From: Geobacter sulfurreducens PCA
Lineage (GTDB): Bacteria; Desulfobacterota; Desulfuromonadia; Geobacterales; Geobacteraceae
Assembly: GCF_000007985.2 (NCBI RefSeq)
Contig: NC_002939.5
Coordinates: 810,001 to 842,000, forward strand
Direction: 5' to 3'
DNA: 32,000 nucleotides
The notes below the pieces were generated by a model. That model ran no database searches and was not told where the DNA came from. It saw only the letters and a list, made by a program, of their open reading frames with translations. The translations under genes and the position numbers were made by a program. Within the stretch, counting starts at the first letter, position 1; each line of letters begins with the position of its first letter. Positions 5,367-13,866 of the stretch are shown in pieces.

Positions 5367-8086
5367 GCCCCCCTAGTCTTCACCCCTCCACTGACCGGCA
5401 TAAGGCCACGACGGCTAGCGAGAAGAGCGGCGTCCTTTGGGTTGGCGCTACGGCGGAGGCCCTTTAGAACACTCTGTTGCGTCTCGGGCGTCCAGAAGAT
5501 CCGCAGACGCTCACGTGCACGAGTTACGGCTGTGTAGAAGATGCTGTGTGTAATGTCGTCTTCATTGGCATCGGTGATTACGATCTTGACGGAATCGTAC
5601 TCGAGGCCCTGCGCCTTGTGGATCGATACGGCATAGGCCACTTGGAATGGTACACTGGAGTTCAGTGAGTCGTCGTCCTCATCGCTGGTGTCATCGTACT
5701 CGTAGACGGAGAAGCGCACTGTCGAGTCAACCACCCATTCGAGCTCATCACACTCGACATCGAACTCGCTGAGCGGTCGATCGAGCTTGACGTCGAATTG
5801 AATCCGACCAGGGGCGTGGGCGATGCCGACGATCCAGCCCTTTAGGTTGTTATAGATCACCGGGCGGAACCGCTCGGTCTCGTGGAATAGGACAGGGTCA
5901 CCGATCTTATATGTGGACTCGCGCCAAGTGGTCGCAGTACCGGGGTTGCTGCTCTGCAGAAATCGATTGATGTTGTTGATACCATAGAGGCCGTCGTAGT
6001 TCAGGCACAGGATAATCTCGTCCTGCCCTTGGGTCTCAAACAGCGTCTTGTCGAGTGCGGTCGAGTACCCGTTGCGGGCCATGACCTCGGCGATGTCGTC
6101 TTCGATGGCTCGAACCTTATTCCAGAAGCCCAAGAGTGAGTCATTCTTGGTTCTGAAGGGCGTCGTCAGCTCGAACACCGACGTGCTCGGGATGAATGAA
6201 CGAATGATTCCGAACCAGTTGCCGAACTCGATCGACTCGATCTGGTAGACGTCGCCGACGAGTACGAGCAGCTTGAAGGAGGTCTTCTCCAGTACCTTGA
6301 TCAAGTCTGCGTTGCTCACGGTGCTGCACTCGTCGATGATGAGGAGGTCGTAAACCGGATCGGTGGTTCTCCTGGAGATCTGGCTGCTGATTGTTCGGAA
6401 GGCCGAGTTCTGCGCGGTTACCTTGCGTTTGAGGTTGTCGATCGCTGGGTGAGTGTGCGCGAGGAAGAGTTTCGCTTTGTCGTTAAAGTAGTGCGCGATG
6501 TGGTCCACCATCGTTGACTTGCCAGTGCCAGCCGCCCCGTAGATCAGGGCGACACGCGACTGGCTGAACAACTGTTTGAGTGCATCCTTCTTCACCTGGT
6601 CGTCAATGCTACGAGATGTCTCATCGAGCCAGCGCTCGACGGCTTGGGTGTAGCCGGCGATTCCGGCTGATGCATGCTCCTGGAGCTTCTCAACGATGGA
6701 GACTGTGTCGTTCTCATACCCGGAGATGAAGACGTGCCCCTTGTCGAGCACGAGCCGGCGCTCCGGATGCTTGTAGTAGAGCTTGTTGTTGTAAGTGGAG
6801 ATCAAGCCGTTGACGTTTCCGAATTTCTCGAGCTCAACAACTGGCGTGTAGAGAATTCCGTGACGCTCCACATTGTTCCTCACGCATCGAGCGAGCAGTT
6901 CGTGGTTCCGATCGGTTGCATCGAGGCTCTCGACGAGGTCCCAGTACCTGGGGTTGTGCCCCGGTAGCGAGGTACAGAACGGCATGGTGTCAAAGGGGAT
7001 GCAGCCGAACTGAAGTTTCATGTCGGAGAGAAGGTAACAGCCGCCCTGGAGGTGCTGCGGCTTGAGGATCTGGTTATGCATTCGTAGCATGAGATAGCGG
7101 AGTACGTTGTGACCCGGAGCGGCTGATCTCACAATGTGGCGCACTTCATCCAGTACGGGAAAGACCTGTGATTTGGTGGCGTCACCCGTACCTGCTGTCC
7201 TTACCTGTGTGTACTTATCGTCGGGCATATCAACCAGGTCGAGCAGATTGACGGAACTCTTAGTCAGCCCACGCATCAGGTAGCGATACTCCACCGAGCT
7301 GGTCCGCACGTCTAAGGTGATGCCCAGAAGGCGCGCGAAGTTTTTAAATTCGCACGGGCGGATAGAGACCTCCCACTCGCGGACGATTGTGATCGGCATT
7401 GTCTGGCCGAGCACTTCGATTGAGTCGCGCTGGAGCGTCAACATGGCCGCGTACTTGTCAGTCATATCGATGTAGCTGAAGGCAATGATACGGTCGAACT
7501 TGTTCACCTTGTCGACGGCGCGGTAGAAGGTGACTTCGTAGTATATGCGCCCGCCGACGAAAAACGGGCGCGTTTTGTGGATGTAATACCTGTCGCGGAT
7601 GCTGCTGCTTGGTCGAGATGAACGGACTGCCTCAATTCTTGCTGCTATCTTTTCTTGGTACTCCTGCAGCGACGGATCGAGGTCGACCGGGAAGGCCTCG
7701 AGGTTCGCCAGCACCGTAACTCCACAGTTGTCTTGAAGCAAGCTACGGACGCGGTGGAGGTACTCGTAGTACTTAAGCATCAAACGCTCGGAAGCGTCCC
7801 CGTCCAGGGTGTAGTGGGACACACTTTTCTGAATCAGTTTATGGAACTTGCCGAGGAAGTTGAATCTTGCCTCACTCTTGACGAAGGCGAGTGCCGGTTC
7901 TACTGCGGCGTAGTTGAATTCGGCATCGGGTGAGCCCGTGTGGAGACGGACCGCAACTCCCTCGACTAGGTTCCGGAGCTGTGCGAGAACATTTTGGGAG
8001 AGCAATGCCCGCTGGTCAGCGAGCGATTCGATATTCCGACAGATCGCCTCGTCAGCGCTCTGGATCTGCCTGCTGACCGTAGTCAT
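5363..8086 (-). CDS. 907-aa protein: unassigned N-terminal region of about 500 aa fused to a RecD/Dda/Pif1-like SF1 DNA helicase core
   Basis: Motifs seen: Walker A IYGAAGTGKST (aa 515-525), Walker B LLIIDECS (581-588), LVLVGDVYQ, TTPFRT, an SH3-like insert (IGDPVLF...YNNLKGWIVGI), SIHKAQGLEYDSV and YTAVTRARERL. Together these are the RecD2/Dda-type motif set. Residues 1-500 show no P-loop, HUH/3H relaxase, NERD or nuclease motif I can recognise. GGGAG lies 10 nt upstream of the ATG. Confidence 0.85.
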   Translation of the reverse strand: MTTVSRQIQSADEAICRNIESLADQRALLSQNVLAQLRNLVEGVAVRLHTGSPDAEFNYAAVEPALAFVKSEARFNFLGKFHKLIQKSVSHYTLDGDASERLMLKYYEYLHRVRSLLQDNCGVTVLANLEAFPVDLDPSLQEYQEKIAARIEAVRSSRPSSSIRDRYYIHKTRPFFVGGRIYYEVTFYRAVDKVNKFDRIIAFSYIDMTDKYAAMLTLQRDSIEVLGQTMPITIVREWEVSIRPCEFKNFARLLGITLDVRTSSVEYRYLMRGLTKSSVNLLDLVDMPDDKYTQVRTAGTGDATKSQVFPVLDEVRHIVRSAAPGHNVLRYLMLRMHNQILKPQHLQGGCYLLSDMKLQFGCIPFDTMPFCTSLPGHNPRYWDLVESLDATDRNHELLARCVRNNVERHGILYTPVVELEKFGNVNGLISTYNNKLYYKHPERRLVLDKGHVFISGYENDTVSIVEKLQEHASAGIAGYTQAVERWLDETSRSIDDQVKKDALKQLFSQSRVALIYGAAGTGKSTMVDHIAHYFNDKAKLFLAHTHPAIDNLKRKVTAQNSAFRTISSQISRRTTDPVYDLLIIDECSTVSNADLIKVLEKTSFKLLVLVGDVYQIESIEFGNWFGIIRSFIPSTSVFELTTPFRTKNDSLLGFWNKVRAIEDDIAEVMARNGYSTALDKTLFETQGQDEIILCLNYDGLYGINNINRFLQSSNPGTATTWRESTYKIGDPVLFHETERFRPVIYNNLKGWIVGIAHAPGRIQFDVKLDRPLSEFDVECDELEWVVDSTVRFSVYEYDDTSDEDDDSLNSSVPFQVAYAVSIHKAQGLEYDSVKIVITDANEDDITHSIFYTAVTRARERLRIFWTPETQQSVLKGLRRSANPKDAALLASRRGLMPVSGGVKTRGA

Positions 8087-8273
8087 TAACTATCAACTCC
8101 CGCTAGATTAAAGAAAGTCATGTGTGTCCCCTTCTTGCTCATGGCTATTCTGCTGTTATCTCATCTTAAAGCGGCTAATGAATATTATGAGAATATATTT
8201 AACTCAACTGAATTGAATAAATTGTCTCCGGAATTACGTCCGAGCTTCCGATGCGCTGTTAGCAAAGTTTCAA

Positions 8274-8477
8274 TCAGTCCGGTGTTGGGCCACGCCCGAT
8301 GAAACTTAGATAGCTTGGCCACTGATACTCCTCCGGCCCCGCAACAATCCCTGCCCTGATGATGTACGGGGAAAGCTCGCATATTCGGCAGCCTCGACGA
8401 GTATCGTTTCTACCTCCTCTGGAAGAGATGTCCCGCCCGTTTCCGCTTGACGTTGAAGTGGGTGGTGTAGGCGCCGT
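8274..8477 (-). pseudogene. decayed C-terminal remnant of a Y1 (IS200-like / REP-associated, COG1943-type) transposase
   Basis: Three frames together read GAYTTHFNVKRKRAGHLFQRR*, then ETILVEAAEYA, then ELSPYIIRAGIVAGPEEYQWPSYLSFIG. This matches the family pattern ...GHLFQGRYK..ilve...Y...L.rYIHlNPVRAGiv..PeeY.WSSY. It has at least 2 frameshifts, an in-frame stop, a small deletion and no N-terminal half. It begins directly at the stop codon of the 8478-9080 gene and is GC-rich like the host. Confidence 0.6.
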
Positions 8478-9080
8478 TTACCCTTGTTGACTTGTTTCCA
8501 GTTCTCGGCGTAGCTCTTCCAAATCGGTAATCGTTTTTTCAAGGTCAGGGAAGGCACACGCTAATTTTGTTGAACTAACTGCGGCAAGTGCCAAATAAGC
8601 AACCAAGAGCATCATTAAAAAAAGGCACACTTCTCTAAATGCAATAGAATTATCTGAAAGAAGAGCACATCCATATAAAAAAATAAGGACAATAGGGACT
8701 ATTGGGACAAAAGTGAGTTCATGCTTAATGTATTTACTGTACCGTTGCGCTTGAATTTCTTGCGAGGCAAGATCTTTGAGGTGATCATCTTCAGCATAGC
8801 CCTGTTTTAAACCAATTTGCATTAAATCACGCAAAATATTATCCATTCTATCCCACGATTTTAAGTAATCGAGGACTTCCTTGAACATGTATTGCCTAAA
8901 TAGCAGGCCTGATATTGCTAGAACACCGCCAAGAAATGTAACAAATCCTGTATCTAACTTTGAAGTGTCCCCCAGCAAAGTAAATACAGTTACCCAGGCA
9001 CCCAATGTTGTGCTAGCAATTAAGGCTGCAAAAATCAAATCGCGCATAACCGATACATTAGGTTCAGATTGCGTTGCCAT
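8478..9080 (-). CDS. hypothetical integral membrane protein, four predicted TM helices (candidate membrane effector)
   Basis: Hydrophobic helices: LIFAALIASTTLGAWVTVFTLL, FVTFLGGVLAISGLLF, FVPIVPIVLIFLYGCALL and VCLFLMMLLVAYLALAAV. A charged linker of about 55 aa separates the two TM pairs. The charged C-terminal tail reads DLEKTITDLEELRRELE. The ATG directly follows the TAA of the upstream gene (TAAATG). Confidence 0.65.
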   Translation of the reverse strand: MATQSEPNVSVMRDLIFAALIASTTLGAWVTVFTLLGDTSKLDTGFVTFLGGVLAISGLLFRQYMFKEVLDYLKSWDRMDNILRDLMQIGLKQGYAEDDHLKDLASQEIQAQRYSKYIKHELTFVPIVPIVLIFLYGCALLSDNSIAFREVCLFLMMLLVAYLALAAVSSTKLACAFPDLEKTITDLEELRRELETSQQG

Positions 9081-9974
9081 TTACTGATACCGCTGGCCAA
9101 AATAATCCTCAAGATAACCGGTAATCTTTTCGGATGTAGTTTTAGGGTTTGTAAGTTGCTCTTCTGTAAGCGGCACGATAGCCGTTTCTGCCTCAGGCTT
9201 ATGTCGACTGCTCCAGTTAGTGCCAATTCCAGACCTAGTGCCCCTGGCTCTCATGCGTAATCTTCTATCAGCTACGGCTTGATCTAGTTCCTGGACATCA
9301 GTTTCTTCAAGTTTTGGTTCATTAGCAATCAGATCTACAGTTTCGGAACGAAGAGACTTTCGGAAGGAATTCGCTGTATCCCGAATTGACTGCACCAAGC
9401 TCCCAGGCCTTGCAGGCAAATTAGGGCCTACATAATGAACGATTATTCTATTGAGATGGTCAAGACTGTTAAACCACTCAACGAACGAGCCAATCTTGGC
9501 GATGGGCTCCACCTCCAGCACATAGTGTTGGTCCATTTCAAGCTTTCGTAGTGCCTCGTCGAGTAGATCGTAAAAGACTGTTGCGAAAGCTTTTGCTGAT
9601 CTAGCAAACCTTGAAACATCTGAGGCGCGATGCACGACAATAATTTGTAGCGGGATATGAACTACGACGGGAGTGAAAAATCTCGGCTCTTTTGCATCCT
9701 CAAGCACACCTGGTCGTGGCTCCTCTGCTATACGCCCAAGAGGAGGACGAACGGTTAAATCAGCAGCAAGAACGTCTGGGCGTACTTTTATCAAGTCTGC
9801 AAGGCCCCATGTTCGGTCGCCACTTATTGAACGTATGCTCGATGGGATCAATTCTAAAGACTGACGCAACACCTCATCTCTCGGTAGTGGCTGAGACAGC
9901 AGGTTAAGTTGTCCAGGATGTCGCTCTTGGTACTGAATCTGTAGCATCCACCATCGGGTTTCATTGTCAGGCAT
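9081..9974 (-). CDS. hypothetical soluble protein (297 aa from ATG 9974; the ORF extends to 10013)
   Basis: Long ORF in AT-rich DNA. ATG 9974 is preceded by GGAGG with a 4-nt spacer, so I prefer it to the 10013 start. No catalytic motif is recognisable by eye: no GS..DxD, P-loop, TIR or PD-(D/E)xK. Translationally coupled to the four-TM gene. Confidence 0.6.
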   Translation of the reverse strand: MPDNETRWWMLQIQYQERHPGQLNLLSQPLPRDEVLRQSLELIPSSIRSISGDRTWGLADLIKVRPDVLAADLTVRPPLGRIAEEPRPGVLEDAKEPRFFTPVVVHIPLQIIVVHRASDVSRFARSAKAFATVFYDLLDEALRKLEMDQHYVLEVEPIAKIGSFVEWFNSLDHLNRIIVHYVGPNLPARPGSLVQSIRDTANSFRKSLRSETVDLIANEPKLEETDVQELDQAVADRRLRMRARGTRSGIGTNWSSRHKPEAETAIVPLTEEQLTNPKTTSEKITGYLEDYFGQRYQ

Positions 9975-10110
9975 ACTTCCTCCGCTACTATTTTCAGATT
10001 TCTGCATCCACAACGATCACCACACCAACGGGCCGGGAGAACAGCGGCTTGGCCGCTGCTTCTTCCTGGTTATACCGATGATGAACCCGGTCCTTGCGAT
10101 TGCGGAGCGG

Positions 10111-10404
10111 CTAAAGCTGTTCAAAGATGGTGGTCATATGCTCGTCACCTCGCTTGTATCCGGGTCTTGAGGTTGAAAATGAATCTTCCAATATTTGTAA
10201 GCCGATCATTTTGGAAACGGTCATTAAGTGCCACGGCGTTGCGTCGGGCCTTACTCCGCTTCCGCCGGTTTGGTAGCACCTGATTGCCTCTTTGCCTGTT
10301 CTTGTCAGCCCGTAGCAATGAGGCTCAACAATTCTCGGATGTCCATCATAGGTAAAGGCGAGGATTCTTCTTTCTCTGATTGCTTGGCAGATTGCAGGAT
10401 TCAT
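10111..10404 (-). CDS. stand-alone WYL-like domain protein (97 aa, no HTH)
   Basis: RILAFTYDGHPRIVEPHCYG...EAIRCYQ...TPWHLMTVSKMIGLQILEDSF follows the WYL-domain pattern (l.f.Y...R.veP..l...WyL...ri..l..l...F). AAGGAG lies 9 nt upstream of the ATG. Confidence 0.55.
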   Translation of the reverse strand: MNPAICQAIRERRILAFTYDGHPRIVEPHCYGLTRTGKEAIRCYQTGGSGVRPDATPWHLMTVSKMIGLQILEDSFSTSRPGYKRGDEHMTTIFEQL

Positions 10405-10499
10405 GTTTAGTTTCTCCTTTTCCTTTGACTTTGATGGTATAGCGGGGATGGCTTTGACAACAACTCAAACTCATTAACCCACCACAAGTATACGCCCCG

Positions 10500-10528
10500 A
10501 CTATCCCTGCGCGCACGAGCGCAGTCAA
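10500..10528 (-). promoter_or_regulatory. possible sigma-70 promoter for the WYL-led operon, with a small inverted repeat in the spacer
   Basis: Minus strand reads TTGACT (10528-10523), a 17-nt spacer, then GATAGT (10505-10500). The spacer contains CTGCGC-N6-GCGCAG. Pattern match only. Confidence 0.3.
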
Positions 10529-10573
10529 GTCAGGAAAATCCTGATACAACGGGGGATTCGGGGGAGAGGACAC

Positions 10574-10605
10574 AAAAAAGGGGGAACCGGTACACCGGCT
10601 CCCCC
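10574..10605 (-). terminator. rho-independent terminator of the chemoreceptor gene
   Basis: Minus strand reads GGGGGAGCCGG-TGTA-CCGGTTCCCCC followed by TTTTTT, 24 nt after the MCP stop. Confidence 0.85.
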
Positions 10606-10628
10606 TGTGGTGCGTTATGAGGGCAGGA

Positions 10629-12866
10629 TCAGCGGGAGGAGGATTGGCCGCGGATGTGGAAGCCTTCCATCTCGGTTTCCAGCACTTTTACCTGGCGGCT
10701 GAGGGTGATGGCCGCTTCTTCCATGACCCGCGAGACTTCGAGGCTCATGGTTGCGGACTGCTGGATCTCTTCCATGGACCGGACGATCTGCTCGCTGCCC
10801 CGGAACTGTTCTTCGCTGGCGCTGCGGAACTGGCCGATCATGTCGGTGATGTTTTCGGTGGAGCGGGCGATGATGTTTCCCGTGGCGCTCTGCTCTCGGG
10901 TGGAGTTGCGGACCTGGGCGGTGGCGTCGCGCATCCGCTCCACTGCGGTCATGATGAGGTCGCCGCCGGCGCCCTGTTCGCTGGTGGCGCTGGCGATCTG
11001 GCTGGTCATGTCGGTGACGCGGTTTATGGCGTCGCGGATGATCTTGCTGCCGGTGGCCTGCTCTACGGTGGCGCGGGCGATTTCGGCCACCCGCGAGGAG
11101 GCTTCGCGGGCCCGCATGACGATCTTGCCGAGGGCCTCGTCGGCGTTGGCGGAGAGGCGCTCTTCGTCGGCAATGCTCTTGTCTGCCCGGCTGATGGCTT
11201 CCACGGCGCGCCGGGTTTCGCTCTGGACCCCCATGATGACCTCGGCGATCTCCCGGGTGGAGGTGCGGGTTCGGTCGGACAGGTCTTTGATCTCGCCGGC
11301 CACGACGGCGAAGCCGCGGCCGTGCTCGCCGGCCTGGGCCGCGATGATGGCGGCGTTGAGGGAGAGGAGGTTGGTCTGCTCGGCGATTTCGTCGATGACG
11401 GAGATGATGCCGCCGATGTCTTCCACCTTGCGGGACAGGACGTCGATGACCTCGGTGGTGATGCGCGAGGAGCGCTGGATGGCCACGATGCCGGCGATGG
11501 CGTCTTCCACGGCGCGCTTGCCCCGTTCGGCCTCGCGCTCCACGTCCTGGGAGAGGGCGGTTGTTTCGCGGGCGTTCACTTCGACCTGGCCGATGGCCGT
11601 GTCCATCTGGGCCACGGAGGAGGCGGTGGTGGTGGAGATTTCCATCAGGCTCTGGACGCTGCCGTCGATCTGCTTGATGGATGCGGCCATCTGGATGACC
11701 GAGGAGCTTACTTCGTCCACCAGGCGCGAGAGGTTGTCGGCGTTGATGGCCACTTCTTCGACGCTGGCGGTCATTTCCAGGATCGAGGATGAGGTGTCGG
11801 CCGCGCTGAGGGAGAGGTTGGCGACGCCGTCGGCCACTTCGCGGATGGAGGCGTTGATTTCGGAGATGGCCGAAGAGGCGGCGTTGACGCCCTTGGCCTG
11901 GATCTCTTCGCCCTCGGTTACCTTGCCGGCCGCGACAGCGATCTTGTCGGACAGGGCGTGCAGCTCGCCCACGGCTTTGCGGACCGAGGTGAGCATGCCC
12001 GAGAGCCGGTCGGCCATTGTGTTGAAGTCGTCGCCAAGGGTGCCGAGCTCGTCGCGGGAGTCCACCGGCACGGCGGCGGTCAGGTCGCCCCGGGCGCCGC
12101 TCTGGAGGGCCGCGGCCACCCGTTTGACCCGGCCGACGATCATGCGGGTGAAGAGAAGCCCCAGGCCGATGGCTGCGGCAACGGCCATGATGATGACCGT
12201 GATGAAGGTGTAGCGGGTGGACTGGCGGATGGTTTCGGTGGTCTTGAGCCCGGCGTAGGTCTGGGATTCGAGGTAGTCGGCCAGGTCGTCGATGTCGAGC
12301 TTGGCGTTCTCGCTGGTGTCGCGGATTGTTTCCAGGGCGAGCCGGTTCAGGGTTTCATCGGCCAGGGCATCCTTGGCGGCCTGGTCCACCACGCCGCTCC
12401 GCAGTCCCTTCAGCAGGCGCTGCTTGTGGGCGATGAGCTGATCCGCGGCCTTTTCGAATTCGCCCCAGCTTGCCAGGACGGCGGCTGCGTAGGTTGCGAT
12501 GGGGCTGCCGGCCGGAGACGGGGGGATGCCCAGGGCGGGGTCGCCGTTGAGCAGGGCGTTCGAGTATTTTTTGAACAGCTCGTTCTTGGCGCGATAGTTG
12601 TTGACATGCTCCTCGAATTCGTCCGGGTCGGTCCTGACCATGGCGGCCTCGACCAGGTTGACCCGGCACGACTTCTGGCTCAGTTGCATGTTGAGGACCG
12701 CTTTTTCCTGGAGGGCGCGGCCCCGGAGCATGGTTTTCACCTGCGTCACCACGCTGTCGACCCGCCAGATGCCGAAGATGCCGGTGACGGCCACGATCAG
12801 GGCCATGGTGCTGAATGCGAGGATGTGCTTCGCCCGCAGCCGGGCATTTCTGAATGACAGTGACAT
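10629..12866 (-). CDS. methyl-accepting chemotaxis protein (TM, helical sensor, HAMP, long signalling domain)
   Basis: Carries the highly conserved MCP hairpin [41 protein letters not shown]. Also has an N-terminal TM segment, a second TM segment followed by HAMP ([17 protein letters not shown]), and heptad-rich flanks. Confidence 0.95.
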   Translation of the reverse strand: MSLSFRNARLRAKHILAFSTMALIVAVTGIFGIWRVDSVVTQVKTMLRGRALQEKAVLNMQLSQKSCRVNLVEAAMVRTDPDEFEEHVNNYRAKNELFKKYSNALLNGDPALGIPPSPAGSPIATYAAAVLASWGEFEKAADQLIAHKQRLLKGLRSGVVDQAAKDALADETLNRLALETIRDTSENAKLDIDDLADYLESQTYAGLKTTETIRQSTRYTFITVIIMAVAAAIGLGLLFTRMIVGRVKRVAAALQSGARGDLTAAVPVDSRDELGTLGDDFNTMADRLSGMLTSVRKAVGELHALSDKIAVAAGKVTEGEEIQAKGVNAASSAISEINASIREVADGVANLSLSAADTSSSILEMTASVEEVAINADNLSRLVDEVSSSVIQMAASIKQIDGSVQSLMEISTTTASSVAQMDTAIGQVEVNARETTALSQDVEREAERGKRAVEDAIAGIVAIQRSSRITTEVIDVLSRKVEDIGGIISVIDEIAEQTNLLSLNAAIIAAQAGEHGRGFAVVAGEIKDLSDRTRTSTREIAEVIMGVQSETRRAVEAISRADKSIADEERLSANADEALGKIVMRAREASSRVAEIARATVEQATGSKIIRDAINRVTDMTSQIASATSEQGAGGDLIMTAVERMRDATAQVRNSTREQSATGNIIARSTENITDMIGQFRSASEEQFRGSEQIVRSMEEIQQSATMSLEVSRVMEEAAITLSRQVKVLETEMEGFHIRGQSSSR

Positions 12867-13093
12867 GCTAATGGTTCCTCCTGCTGGAACGCATCAAAGG
12901 ATTCATATGGTACGTATCGGCTGTAAACCGTTTTGTCTTAATGTTTTTTGGTGATAAACCGCCAATTGCCGTATACGGGGCCGGGCGTGCCGGGGGGGGC
13001 GCTCCCGTCCGGGTTTCATTTCAAGCGAATAGGGGTACACTGTTACCAGTGCCGCGAGCCCTGACATTCGCACTCTCTGAAGGAGGAACAGTC

Positions 13094-13768
13094 ATGAAAA
13101 AACACACGATTGCCATTGCCGCCTTTGCGCTCTGCACCCTGCCCGCCGTGGCGGGCGCCACTCCGGCTCGGCCGGGGGGATACGTCTCGGGCTTCTTCGG
13201 GGTAAGCGCCGCGTCGGATGCCGATGTGACGAGTATCGACAATCAGTTCGGCGACGTCTTCAACGACCGGGTGGAGTATGACCCGAACATCTACGTGGGC
13301 GGTACCGGCGGGTATGACTTCGGCCACTTCCGGCTGGAGGGGGAACTCTCGTACAAGCATGCGGAGATCAGTTCGATCACCGACGATACCGGCTTCCGGT
13401 TCCGGGGGGTGGACGGCAACCTCGGCGCCCTGGCGTTCATGGCCAACGCCTTTGTGGATCTGCACAACAATACGCCGGTCACCCCCTACTTCGGGGGAGG
13501 CATCGGCTTTGCCGTGCTGAGCCTGAGCGACACGTACGGCAGCGACACCTCGGGCCGGCTGCTCCTCTACCCGGAGGACGATACCACGGTGTTCGCCTAC
13601 CAGGCGGGCGGCGGTGTTGAGATCGCCATCAATCCGAGCCTGTCCCTTGACCTGGGATACCGCTACTTCGGCACCACCAAGGGGACCTTCGATTCCGACT
13701 GGATCACCACGACCAAACTGAAGTACGAGAGCCACAACGGCATGGTGGGGTTCCGGGTCAAGTTCTGA
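13094..13768 (+). CDS. outer-membrane beta-barrel protein (OmpA-like/OmpW-like porin family)
   Basis: ATG 13094 is preceded by AGGAGG. Signal peptide MKKHTIAIAAFALCTLPAVAGA, alternating beta-strand pattern, and a C-terminal ...GMVGFRVKF ending in Phe. The upstream part of the tracked ORF (12941-13093) is unlikely to be coding. Confidence 0.8.
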   Translation: MKKHTIAIAAFALCTLPAVAGATPARPGGYVSGFFGVSAASDADVTSIDNQFGDVFNDRVEYDPNIYVGGTGGYDFGHFRLEGELSYKHAEISSITDDTGFRFRGVDGNLGALAFMANAFVDLHNNTPVTPYFGGGIGFAVLSLSDTYGSDTSGRLLLYPEDDTTVFAYQAGGGVEIAINPSLSLDLGYRYFGTTKGTFDSDWITTTKLKYESHNGMVGFRVKF

Positions 13769-13866
13769 GCCGGGGCACCCGTTTCTTTTTGCCCGTTGTT
13801 GTGCTACACATCATCCCGTGCTGATTGGTGCACGGCCCGTGACCGGGGCGATTTCGAGCGGATGGT

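Noticed and set aside
6587-8086. The helicase N-terminal region as a TrwC/TraI-type relaxase or a NERD / PD-(D/E)xK nuclease
   Set aside because: I found no HxDxxxxHxH (3H) motif, no catalytic Tyr pair context, and no NERD or PD-(D/E)xK signature by eye. No other conjugation genes are nearby.
8120-8382. Small ORFs 8120-8302(+) and 8185-8382(-) upstream of the helicase gene
   Set aside because: They have no RBS and overlap the transposase remnant and the promoter region. The apparent coding signal on the minus strand is explained by the decayed Y1 transposase frames.
8478-9974. CBASS, Pycsar or Kiwa assignment for the soluble-plus-4TM gene pair
   Set aside because: The 297-aa protein has no GS..DxD nucleotidyltransferase or cyclase motif, and the TM protein has no cNMP-binding or SAVED domain. 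The Kiwa gene order (TM protein first) is reversed here. I cannot exclude a distant relationship without profile searches.
10346-10573. 75-aa minus-strand ORF upstream of the WYL gene
   Set aside because: It overlaps the WYL gene start and the likely promoter. It is Pro/Cys-rich with no RBS.
10617-12857. Long + strand ORFs antisense to the chemoreceptor gene (391, 519 and 299 aa)
   Set aside because: Their composition is Gly/Ala/Asp/His- or Ser/Met/Arg-biased with no motifs. The opposite strand carries an unmistakable MCP signalling domain. These are typical GC-rich antisense open frames.
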